A stretch of DNA of 62,582 bases, the filler included. It is 5 parts of 5 records of this genome, joined end to end, with 100 filler letters (N's around TTAATTAATTAA, not from the genome) between each part and the next. Parts side by side here need not be neighbours in the genome. Positions count along the whole stretch, not along the records: positions 22,016 to 43,355 come from SRR20825006_2563; positions 43,456 to 56,633 come from SRR20825006_2566; 3 more parts are not named here. One strand, 5' to 3'. The notes beneath the pieces were generated by a model. The model was given only the letters and a program-made list of their open reading frames with translations. It did no database searches and was not told where the DNA came from. Position numbers and translations under genes: made by a program. Positions 38,062 through 47,294 of this stretch are shown piece by piece; the stretch's first letter is position 1; every line of letters starts with the position of its first letter.

Positions 38062-41000
38062 TTAGCTATTTATTTGCGCTAAAATTGTTGGATCTTGTAT
38101 TTTATGATCTTCTGAAAGTAATTTCATTTTAGAAATAATTTCTGCTGATTTGGGGTCGTCGTCTATAAATGGTAAAAACATACGACCTCTATGCTGACTA
38201 TGCACTGGAATGATAGATAATGCAAGTCCGTTTTTGCTTACCTGACCACTTCCTAAATGTATGGTGTATTCGCCAAATGTACCTTTTATAAATATGTAAC
38301 GTTCTTTTACGGTACTATTTTTAAGTTTGAATAAGCTTGCTGAAGCTGTAGCCAATGCAGCACGCATTTGTATAGTACTATGGCTGGCTTCTGGATCTAC
38401 TCCACCAACGTGAGCAACACTAACTACAAGATCGATGTCTCTCATTATTTCACTAAATATTACCGGTGGAATTTCAGAGAGAGGAATGGTTTTATAGTTT
38501 TCTATAGAGTGAAAACGAATATCCTCCAAGGTTGGTGCTTCGGCATCTGATGGGGAATACCAGTCGGCCATAGCATACATTGTAGCTATAAAACCGTATT
38601 TATGATAAACTTTTTGTAAGCCATCTTCCATACTCACGGTCCAACCACGACCTCTTAAAAGTGCTACGGTTTTTTTAGGCTGAATTTGATATCCTTGGTA
38701 ACGTTCTGAGCGGTTACTATGTTCACGCTCATCATTGGTTATTAAATATAATTCTCTAAAAACTTGTTTAAATGGTTGGGTAATCCGTTCTGCAAATAAA
38801 TATTTTTGGTAGCTATCCCATTCAACTACTTGGAACAAATGAGAAGCATGTGCAATAAGCAAAACATCATCTTCAGCTAACGAATGTGTTTTTCCATGAA
38901 AATCTGTTAAAATACCTTCATCATAAAAACCTGAAATCTCTTTTTGAGGAACGTACATTACTAACTTACTCAACATCACTTGTACAATAGGATGTTGCAT
39001 CATACTATGAATTTCTAAAGCAGTAAATTCATCTTCGTTGACCATTGCGTTTTCTAATGATAAACGTGTTCTACTGTATTGTCTAGAAAGATAGGTTTTG
39101 TTGTCTTTTAAGGCTATAACCTGTTTTTCTTTGCGTAGTTTGGCTGGAATATTTTTTAATAATTTTCCAGCTTTGGAAACCTTAATCTCTGTTTTACCAT
39201 GGTTTGTAATGACGAGTTCTATAACCGTTTCATCTATGGTTATAACTGCATTTTTCATTATTGCTTGGGTAGCTTTTGCTTCCATAGCCCAACTAAAACG
39301 CACACGATCTTGGTAGCCCGCATTTCGAGATAAATTATCTAAAGCAATCTCCACTGCAATAGCTTCGCTTTCTTGTCGTTGTTGACCAAACTGTTTACTT
39401 TCTTTTAAAAAGTCTTGTAGTAGATTGTAGCGTTTTAATAAATCTTTTTCTGGAACGGTTTTACTTAAAGGAATTAATCCTAATGCGCGCACGTAATCTT
39501 TATCACGTTTTTCTTTAATTTTTTGTAGGGTTTCGGTAATTTTAACTTCCCCTAGTATAACACTAGAGTATAATTTTACTTGTCTGTGTCCATTACCATC
39601 TGTAATATATTTTGCAGCCTTATGAAGTAGTTTCCAGTTTGCTTTACCTAAGCTATTATATACTTTATTAAACCAATCGATATCTATTGCGCCTAACGAG
39701 AAATCGTTTTTTGGGATGTTAGAGTACCGGGAAATAATAGTTTCTTTTTCGCTATTCATATAATCTGAAGCGTGCGCTTGAAACCACCAAACAGCATTTT
39801 CTAAATTATCAATTTTTAAATATTGGCCCACAACACTAGCCCACTGCGTAGCATAACACGCCAATTCTATAAAACGTATTTTGCTAATTTTTAAAGCATC
39901 TGCAAGACTAGCAAAATCAGCATAAGATTCGGTGTCTTTAAACTGGGTCATTTTGAGGATAGCACTAAACTTAGACTTTTTACTATCTCCATAATAGCTG
40001 TACCCGCGCTCAAAAGTTTCTTCTCCTAAACGTTCTAGAACTCTGAATACATAATCAACACCTTCAACTCTATGAATTGCATTAATGTAATTAGAAGCAG
40101 GTGTTGCCAAATCTCCTCGTTCTAACTCTGTTTCTAATAAATTGGTTTTTAAAGGGAGAAAGACTTCTTTAGGAATTGTATTTTGCTTTAATCCATTTTT
40201 GTAATTCATCCTATAATTAAAACCACCATCAATAATGGTTATTAATTGATTTTTATTTAAAGCTTGGAGAAGTAAATCATCGTTGTTAATTAAACCGTTT
40301 TCATATAGTTTTAAGGTGGTTTCAATCTCAGGAAATTCCAGATTACTTCTTTTTTCTGAATTATCAGTAAGCACTTTAATATTTGAAGCAACTGTAGGGT
40401 GTGTAATGTTTTGTGCTATTAAATACATTTTAATATTCCAGTACTTTAAAAGTTGCTCTGAAGTAAGTTGGTTTAAATTATTGACACTAAAATTTGGGGT
40501 TAATTGAAGTATTATACTTGTCCAATTATAAGTTGTTGTATAATGGTAACCATTATCTTGAAACTTTATTAATTTAAATTTATCAGGGAAATTAGCAATC
40601 ATGTCTTCGAACATATGAAGTTTAAAGTCGGCTACTGTGCTGGTGTCTACATATGCCCTAAATAAACGCTTTAAAATTTTGTTATAACTATTTAACCTAG
40701 AGTAATGGGTGTCTTTATTTCCTATACTTAATCCAGATAAGTCTGGGTAATATTGCCTTAAAAATGGTTCTAATATTTTATAATATCCGTAAGGGTAACT
40801 ACTATTATTGATATAACGTATGGCAGCATACATTTCAAAATCATTGAGCTCACTTTTTTTATACCATTCTATCCATAAGTGGGCTAAAGGAATATTATGC
40901 AAATGGTCTTCTGCTGTAGCATCATCCCTCAATTCTTTTATTTGGTGAAGCCCTTTCTCTATATATGTAGTATGCATTTCTCCTTGATACCCTTCCATTT

Positions 41001-43062
41001 GGTATTCATAATGTCGGTTTTCGGTAACAAGAGCAATCAATAGATTTACTTGAGTAACTATTTTGTTGACATTAATAAATTCTTTAAACTTAAAGGATGA
41101 AGAGTCTGAGGTTGAAATTCCTAATTTATCTAAAAAACTAGTTTTTGTTTTAAAATGAGATTGTGGAATATAAAGTGGTGATAAATCATCATAATTTACC
41201 GCTCCAAAACCATTATTATAATTATATTCTTGCGTATTGTTTGAAAACTTATCTAAATAGACTTGTTCGTTTTTAGAGATTTTAGGACGCTCGTTATAAA
41301 GGCTTATTTGCGTTTCAATAAAATCCGATTGTCTATTGGCGTCGTGTAAAATAGTTAATACTTCTAAACCAGCTAATCGCTGATCAATATTTTTTGCTGT
41401 TACTAAATTTGTAACACTCTTTCTTAAGCGGTCTACTGGCAAGTCAACCAACAACTGAATTAAAGAGGTACGTAATCCTTTATGTTTTCGTCTTAGTAAA
41501 TCTTCAGCAATTTCCAAATCTGCGTCATACAAATGCATTTTACTAAATAAATTCAATCCCGTAGCCATAACTACCTCATTTCGGTTATAAATAGCACGTC
41601 TAGCTAAAGCTCTTTTCCAAAAATTTTGGTCATAATTGAGGCGCTCTTTTTTCTTAGACTGTTGCTGATAATTATTAAAAGAATAGCTATAATGTAAAGG
41701 AAATACTTTACGAATATAGGTTTCTCTATATTCTGTAGGAAATTCTTCAAAATCGTTCGCCATTAACTCTAATTGTGCTTCTGTAGCGCTATTGATAATA
41801 AACTGGAAGAAATACGTTGGTTCAGGTGTAAAGCTCCACCACGAGAATATTTTACTTTCGAAGGTTTTGCCTTTTTCTGTCACAGATTTTGCAACCGTTA
41901 ATAGGCGCTCAAAAGTATCATTATTTAATGTGGTAGGAGGTAAGTTTACCGCCATCCAATGGTCTAATGCATAATCTTTTCCTAGCTCTTTAGTAAAATA
42001 TGGTACTAAGGCATCATTAGTACGCTCTGTTTTCCAAATAAAATACAATGCTAAAATCTTCTTGTTTCTATCTTCGGAAGAGAAAACTATATCTAGTGCT
42101 TTCCTATTTGCTGTATCGACGTCTAAAATTCCTATAGCCCATAAACCGACTAAAACTTCTAAATTGTCTTTACTTTTAAGATAGCCATCTACTTCTTTTA
42201 AATTTAAAATTAAAGATTGTGCAAGTGTTAAAACACGATTTATAACTGGTTTTTTAGGGAGATCCCATCTTAAGCCAAACCAAGTACTAACAGCTCTAGT
42301 TACACTACTAAAGCGTGTTAAATCATTTTCTAATACCACATTGATTATATGTTTAAGCGCACCAAGACTAGACTCGTCTAGCGATTCTAAAATGGTTTGC
42401 CTTAAACCTTCTTGGCGTTGAGCCGCAAGTAATAATTTAGAGACCATCTCCCAATGTTTTTCCTCATCAGAAAGTAACAGCGCTTTAATAATATCTGCAC
42501 TAATTCCTCCAATTTCATCTTCACCTTGAATAATATTGTCTAGTAATTCATCGAAAACTCCTTCGGCATTGTGAAGAACTGAGGCTAAAAAATAACTGCT
42601 AAAATTAGGATGATACGTACTGTATATAAAGTGTTCTTGAAGTGTTAATCCATTATAACCCATTCTACTAAATTGTAAAAATCGGATTAAGTAATTTATT
42701 TTATTAATTAAAATATCTTTTGATGGTTTTGATCTAAATGCTTGTCTATCATAACCTTTTTGATAAGGTAGTGTGTTCATAAAATCCCACATGCCAGCTA
42801 GATAAGGTGCATGTACCACCCCGTAAAGTTGCATTGCTAGGCGCATACCTTCTTCATTCGACCAAGGATTTATAGTAAGCGGATCATCAAATGCTGCAAT
42901 AAAATCTGAAACATTATACCATACTCTTTCTTCTTTTTCGATTCTTCCTAATATTTTCCCTAAAATTTTATAAGGTTCAGAGAACAACCGAAATTCAAAA
43001 CGGTCTACTTCTGGTTTTTGATGTTTTTCGATGTATTTATTAGCGTCTTCTATTGGAATCAT
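38062..43062 (-). CDS. Giant DUF5724/DUF4132 (MolR-like) protein
   Basis: 1666 aa; LLLAAQRQEGLRQTILE, ESKQFGQQRQ, QPFKQVFRELY, FSEIMRDIDLVVSVAH, IHLGSG, LPFIDDDPKSAEIISK. Confidence 0.8.
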   Translation of the reverse strand: MIPIEDANKYIEKHQKPEVDRFEFRLFSEPYKILGKILGRIEKEERVWYNVSDFIAAFDDPLTINPWSNEEGMRLAMQLYGVVHAPYLAGMWDFMNTLPYQKGYDRQAFRSKPSKDILINKINYLIRFLQFSRMGYNGLTLQEHFIYSTYHPNFSSYFLASVLHNAEGVFDELLDNIIQGEDEIGGISADIIKALLLSDEEKHWEMVSKLLLAAQRQEGLRQTILESLDESSLGALKHIINVVLENDLTRFSSVTRAVSTWFGLRWDLPKKPVINRVLTLAQSLILNLKEVDGYLKSKDNLEVLVGLWAIGILDVDTANRKALDIVFSSEDRNKKILALYFIWKTERTNDALVPYFTKELGKDYALDHWMAVNLPPTTLNNDTFERLLTVAKSVTEKGKTFESKIFSWWSFTPEPTYFFQFIINSATEAQLELMANDFEEFPTEYRETYIRKVFPLHYSYSFNNYQQQSKKKERLNYDQNFWKRALARRAIYNRNEVVMATGLNLFSKMHLYDADLEIAEDLLRRKHKGLRTSLIQLLVDLPVDRLRKSVTNLVTAKNIDQRLAGLEVLTILHDANRQSDFIETQISLYNERPKISKNEQVYLDKFSNNTQEYNYNNGFGAVNYDDLSPLYIPQSHFKTKTSFLDKLGISTSDSSSFKFKEFINVNKIVTQVNLLIALVTENRHYEYQMEGYQGEMHTTYIEKGLHQIKELRDDATAEDHLHNIPLAHLWIEWYKKSELNDFEMYAAIRYINNSSYPYGYYKILEPFLRQYYPDLSGLSIGNKDTHYSRLNSYNKILKRLFRAYVDTSTVADFKLHMFEDMIANFPDKFKLIKFQDNGYHYTTTYNWTSIILQLTPNFSVNNLNQLTSEQLLKYWNIKMYLIAQNITHPTVASNIKVLTDNSEKRSNLEFPEIETTLKLYENGLINNDDLLLQALNKNQLITIIDGGFNYRMNYKNGLKQNTIPKEVFLPLKTNLLETELERGDLATPASNYINAIHRVEGVDYVFRVLERLGEETFERGYSYYGDSKKSKFSAILKMTQFKDTESYADFASLADALKISKIRFIELACYATQWASVVGQYLKIDNLENAVWWFQAHASDYMNSEKETIISRYSNIPKNDFSLGAIDIDWFNKVYNSLGKANWKLLHKAAKYITDGNGHRQVKLYSSVILGEVKITETLQKIKEKRDKDYVRALGLIPLSKTVPEKDLLKRYNLLQDFLKESKQFGQQRQESEAIAVEIALDNLSRNAGYQDRVRFSWAMEAKATQAIMKNAVITIDETVIELVITNHGKTEIKVSKAGKLLKNIPAKLRKEKQVIALKDNKTYLSRQYSRTRLSLENAMVNEDEFTALEIHSMMQHPIVQVMLSKLVMYVPQKEISGFYDEGILTDFHGKTHSLAEDDVLLIAHASHLFQVVEWDSYQKYLFAERITQPFKQVFRELYLITNDEREHSNRSERYQGYQIQPKKTVALLRGRGWTVSMEDGLQKVYHKYGFIATMYAMADWYSPSDAEAPTLEDIRFHSIENYKTIPLSEIPPVIFSEIMRDIDLVVSVAHVGGVDPEASHSTIQMRAALATASASLFKLKNSTVKERYIFIKGTFGEYTIHLGSGQVSKNGLALSIIPVHSQHRGRMFLPFIDDDPKSAEIISKMKLLSEDHKIQDPTILAQINS

Positions 43063-43130
43063 ATCTTGTATTGCTTTATACCTATCATAAACATGAGTTA
43101 TTCACCTCTTAAAAATGGTGATAATTGTTT

Positions 43131-43177
43131 GCAATATAACAGTAATTCCAATTTTTGTTCTCACGGTATTTAATGAT
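43131..43177 (-). promoter_or_regulatory. Island box + -7-like element for DUF4132 operon
   Basis: CTCAC-GGTATTTA-ATGAT (43160-43177), 21 nt from TATATTGC (revcomp of 43131-43138). Confidence 0.6.
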
Positions 43178-43355
43178 ATTTTTTAATACAGATTTTACTA
43201 AAATTTAGAATATCACAGAATCTATGGCCAATAGTTTTTAAAAGCGCTTTGTAAAATTAAAATGAATTATAGTAATGTTATAAAAGAGTTTCAGCTCTAT
43301 TACTTAATTTCTTGGAAATGGAAACTGAAGTTTTCAATATGTTTCTTTGCGGTTC

Positions 43356-43455
43356 NNNNNNNNNNNNNNNNNNNNNNNNNNNNNNNNNNNNNNNNNNNNT
43401 TAATTAATTAANNNNNNNNNNNNNNNNNNNNNNNNNNNNNNNNNNNNNNNNNNNN
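43356..43455. other. Artificial contig linker
   Basis: N44-TTAATTAATTAA-N44. Confidence 0.99.
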
Positions 43456-44089
43456 AGCGCCAATGCCTACAGCTTCAACTTCTCAAATTCTAGGAAACAA
43501 CGAATGTTTTGAGCCATATACCTCTAATATTTATACCAGAAGAGTACTTTCTGGGGAGTTTATAGTTGTAAATAAGCATTTGTTAGAAGATTTGGTTGAT
43601 TTAGGATTATGGACCGAAGAATTGAAGCAAGAATTAATGCGTGCTAATGGTTCTATTCAACATATTGAAACCATTCCGCAGGACATTAGAGATTTATATA
43701 AAACGGTTTGGGAGTTAAGTATGAAAGATATTATCGATATGTCTCGACACAGAGGATACTTTATCGACCAGTCGCAATCTCTTAACCTGTTTATGGAAGG
43801 GGCAAATTACGCCAAACTTACTTCAATGCATTTTTATGCATGGAAAAGCGGACTTAAAACGGGAATGTATTATTTAAGAACTAAATCGGCAGTAGATGCT
43901 ATTAAGTTTACTTTGGATAATACTAAGAAAACGGAAAAAGTACCAGCAGAAGCGGCCGAGGTTAAGGCATCTGTAGCTGGAAAAGCAGCGCCTGTAGCAG
44001 TAGAACCGTTATCGCCACAAGAATTAAAAGAAATGTTGGCAAAATCGAGAGATGCTGAAGACGACGATTGTTTAATGTGTGGATCTTAG
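43456..44089 (+). CDS. nrdA: Ribonucleotide reductase class Ia alpha subunit, 5'-truncated
   Basis: [32 protein letters not shown]-terminal CLMCGS. Confidence 0.93.
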
Positions 44090-44109
44090 ATCTTTTCATT
44101 TATATTGAT

Positions 44110-44144
44110 AAAAGGGAAGTTGGTAATTACCAGCTTCCCTTTTT
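44110..44144 (+). terminator. Intrinsic terminator after nrdA
   Basis: AAAGGGAAGTTGGTAATTACCAGCTTCCCTTTTT hairpin + U-tract. Confidence 0.85.
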
Positions 44145-44409
44145 GACTTTATACAGATAATTTTCCTCGATAATTGAGGTTTAAGTGCTTCAATGCTTAC
44201 GACGAAATTTTTTTAGTTCGATTTTCATTGATGAAAATCGATAAAGGAGATTCACGAAACCAAAAATTAAAACAATAATAGTGAGGCAAAAAATGAACAG
44301 AAAATTTATTTAGAACGGAATTGCTTTCTGACTATTAAAATACTCTAAAACTTACGTTAATCAATATTAATATTTTGGACGAATTTTTTAGATATCTTAT
44401 CTTAATGAA

Positions 44410-45036
44410 ATGGAAAATGTATTAGTAGCGGGTGCCAATGGTACCACAGGAAAAATAGTAGTAGAACTTTTAAATGAATCTCAATATTTCTCGCCAATTG
44501 CGATGGTTCGGAAAGAAGAACAGCAAAAACAATTTCAAGAGAAAGATATAAAAACCATTTTAGGCGATTTGGAAGAGGATCTAGCGCATGCAGTAAAAGA
44601 TGTAGATAAAGTTATTTTTGCTGCAGGATCGGGTGGAAAAAAGGTTGTAGAAGTAGATCAAGAAGGTGCAAAGAGATTAATTGATGTATCTAAAGTAGCA
44701 GCAGTTAAAAAGTTTGTGATGTTAAGTTCTATGGGAGTGGATAATCCAGAATCAATTGCTCAGTTAAAAGATTACTTAGTAGCAAAGCAAAAAGCCGATA
44801 GTCATTTAAAAGAAAGCGGCCTAAATTATACAATTGTTAGGCCTGGAACTTTAAAAAATGATGCAGGAATTGGCAGTATAGCATTAAAAAGGAATCTTAA
44901 TAAAAGAGGCGAAATAAGTAGAGCAGATGTGGCTCAAACATTAGTACGGGTATTACACGATGATGCAGCAAACAATGCAGTGTTTGAAATTATTGAAGGG
45001 GATACTTTAATTGCAGAAGCAATAGATAAATTTTAA
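44410..45036 (+). CDS. NAD(P)H-binding atypical SDR oxidoreductase
   Basis: VAGANGTTG, FAAGSGG, YTIVRPG, ISRADVA. Confidence 0.88.
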   Translation: MENVLVAGANGTTGKIVVELLNESQYFSPIAMVRKEEQQKQFQEKDIKTILGDLEEDLAHAVKDVDKVIFAAGSGGKKVVEVDQEGAKRLIDVSKVAAVKKFVMLSSMGVDNPESIAQLKDYLVAKQKADSHLKESGLNYTIVRPGTLKNDAGIGSIALKRNLNKRGEISRADVAQTLVRVLHDDAANNAVFEIIEGDTLIAEAIDKF

Positions 45037-45081
45037 GATTTTAGAGAGTTAGCTCTATTATTGTTTTGAATAGTGAATTAC

Positions 45082-45159
45082 AAAAAAAAGTAGCTATCTA
45101 AAAAGTATCCAAGCTTAGTTTGACAAGTTCAAATTACTTTTTAGATAGCCACTTTTTTT
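45082..45159. terminator. Long inverted repeat / bidirectional terminator
   Basis: AAAAAAAGTAGCTATCTAAAAAGTA / TACTTTTTAGATAGCCACTTTTTTT; the arm ACTTTTTAGA(C/T)AGCC also occurs at positions 9-23. Confidence 0.7.
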
Positions 45160-45203
45160 ATAGAAGTAAAATTTTACGTTTATAAATTGGCGTTAGTGTT
45201 TTG

Positions 45204-46160
45204 CTATTTACGCTCCCATTTTTTTAATCCTAAAAGTTTTTCACCTAATTCGGTAAGTTCAGCCGTAGGATAATTCTGTTCCCGTTTATGTGGATCTCCA
45301 GGAAAGGCATATCCCTCGGGAGCTGTTTTATTTCTCCAAGAATTAATACGCCATTCTTTTAATTCGCTATTGTTTTCTTCCGCAGGCATCATGGAAATGT
45401 ACTGAGCTATTCTTACTTTGTCTGAGTTGTTTGGGCGTATTCCATGAGGTTCACTACTATTAAAAATAAGTAAATCTCCAGCTTCCATTGGTACTTTAAC
45501 AATTTTATCCTGTAGATTACTCACATCTGGTTTAAAATGATCTCTATCTTCTGGCTGTGTAAGTTTCCAGGTGTCGTAATTTTTATACAACCACGGAATG
45601 CATTGAAAACCGCCCATGTTTGGGTCTGTTTGATCTGCTAAAGCTAAAACACCTTGTACGTTTTGGGGCTTTGTTTCTGGATCATAATCCCAATGTATAA
45701 ATCCTTTATATTCAAACCCTGGTTTTAACGGAAAATTTAAATTTGCTCTGTCAATAGTTACCCATAGTTTTTCTATTCCCCATACATCTACAAAAGCATC
45801 ATATACTTTTTGAGTTTGTCTATTATTCCATAAATGCTGGTTGTTATATACTTCTATCATTCCAGTACCTGTAAGTTCTTTCATCTTCATTTCGGTATAC
45901 GCTTGTGCATACCAAGTTTTACTATTATTTGGGTTTTTACTTTCAAATTCCCATAAAAAATCAGCAGTTTCAGTTGCTTGTTTTTTTGATACTGCATTTT
46001 TAATTACCACATAGCCGTTGTGTTTCCAAAATTCCCATTGTTCCATGGTAAGTACTCGCAATGTGTTTTCTGATGCATTTTCTCTTAACTGATGTACGCT
46101 ACTTTTGGACATCGAAGGGTTTCCAGGAATATCTTGATGGCCATTTTTAATTTTTCTCAT
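45204..46160 (-). CDS. Phytanoyl-CoA dioxygenase (PhyH)-family Fe(II)/2OG oxygenase
   Basis: NGYVVIKNAV, IHWDYD HxD motif, AGDLLIFNS..PHG. Confidence 0.85.
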   Translation of the reverse strand: MRKIKNGHQDIPGNPSMSKSSVHQLRENASENTLRVLTMEQWEFWKHNGYVVIKNAVSKKQATETADFLWEFESKNPNNSKTWYAQAYTEMKMKELTGTGMIEVYNNQHLWNNRQTQKVYDAFVDVWGIEKLWVTIDRANLNFPLKPGFEYKGFIHWDYDPETKPQNVQGVLALADQTDPNMGGFQCIPWLYKNYDTWKLTQPEDRDHFKPDVSNLQDKIVKVPMEAGDLLIFNSSEPHGIRPNNSDKVRIAQYISMMPAEENNSELKEWRINSWRNKTAPEGYAFPGDPHKREQNYPTAELTELGEKLLGLKKWERK

Positions 46161-46378
46161 TTTTATGCTATTTTAATTGTTTAATATTTATTTTTTAAGC
46201 TATTTACTTGAGACAAAATTAAAATAGATGTGTTTTTATTAATTTATCAATTTTAGCATATATTTGAAGTATTTTGATAATTTTAATGAATAAACTATCA
46301 TTTTAATCAATTTAGAACAATTGAGTACATATTTGAAGAATTGCTATATCATGTCTACATTCATATAAAACCAAATAA

Positions 46379-47221
46379 ATGAAAACTCAGCTTGAAAGTA
46401 TTCAGCCTAATTTTAATAGTTCCTTTAATTTACTAAGGAATGATTATTTAAGTGATACTTTTTTATGGCATTTTCATCCAGAATATGAATTGGTTTATAT
46501 TGATAATGCTTCTGGAACAAGACATGTAGGAAATCATATTTCAAAATACAAGGAAAGTGATTTGGTTTTTATTGGGAGTACTATTCCACATCTTAATTTT
46601 GATTATGGAGTAAAAACAGCCTACAACAATATTGTATTGCATATTCATCCAGATTTTGTAGTCAATGTATTAGAGAAAACTCCAGAGCTTTTTCTTATTT
46701 TAAAGATGTTCCAGAAGGGACAGCATGGGCTTTCTTTTCCTGAATCTATCAAGGTTCTGGTAGGAAAAAAAATTAAAAAATTAGGGAATCTTAATGCTTT
46801 TGATAGGTATCTGGAAGTATTAAAAATATTTGAAATAATTGCTAATTCTGATTTTAAACTGCTTCATGAAAAACCTTTTATCAATCAGTTCAGTTTAAAG
46901 GAACAAAAAAGATTGCAACTTATCTATCAATATACAGAACAACATTACCATAGCAAAATAACAATTAACACAGTGGCCAACTTATGCAATTTGAGTAATG
47001 AAGCTTTTTGTAGGTATTTTAAAAAGGTTACAGGAAATTCTTTCATCACTTTTTTAAATCAATACCGTATTAGTAAGGCAAAAACGATTATGATGAGTGG
47101 TAAAAATGTTTCGGAAGCTTGTTTTGAAAGTGGTTTTGAAAGTTTGTCTTACTTCAACAGAATTTTTAAGAAAGTAACTCAAGAAAATCCTAGTCATTTT
47201 ATAAATCAGCTTCATAAGTAG
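46379..47221 (+). CDS. AraC-family transcriptional regulator
   Basis: WHFHPEYEL cupin; C-terminal FCRYFKK...CFESGFESLSYFNRIFKK. Confidence 0.93.
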   Translation: MKTQLESIQPNFNSSFNLLRNDYLSDTFLWHFHPEYELVYIDNASGTRHVGNHISKYKESDLVFIGSTIPHLNFDYGVKTAYNNIVLHIHPDFVVNVLEKTPELFLILKMFQKGQHGLSFPESIKVLVGKKIKKLGNLNAFDRYLEVLKIFEIIANSDFKLLHEKPFINQFSLKEQKRLQLIYQYTEQHYHSKITINTVANLCNLSNEAFCRYFKKVTGNSFITFLNQYRISKAKTIMMSGKNVSEACFESGFESLSYFNRIFKKVTQENPSHFINQLHK

Positions 47222-47294
47222 AATGTTTATTTCTAGGCAAAAAAAATTGGATAGCAAAGCTACCCAATTTTTAAAATAGTATGTTTTAGAAATG

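Noticed and set aside
43105-43229. Extra half-boxes at 43118-43122 (GTGAT) and 43212-43216 (ATCAC)
   Set aside because: Only one half-site matches and no convincing -7 element lies at the 21-nt spacing; not counted among the seven boxes.
22016-43355. Island as prophage or ICE
   Set aside because: No integrase, relaxase, transposase or virion genes and no att repeats seen. The boundaries are contig ends, so mobility cannot be assessed.
43456-44089. nrdA, ompA and grxD fragments as pseudogenes
   Set aside because: Truncations coincide with contig ends, not with internal stops or frameshifts.
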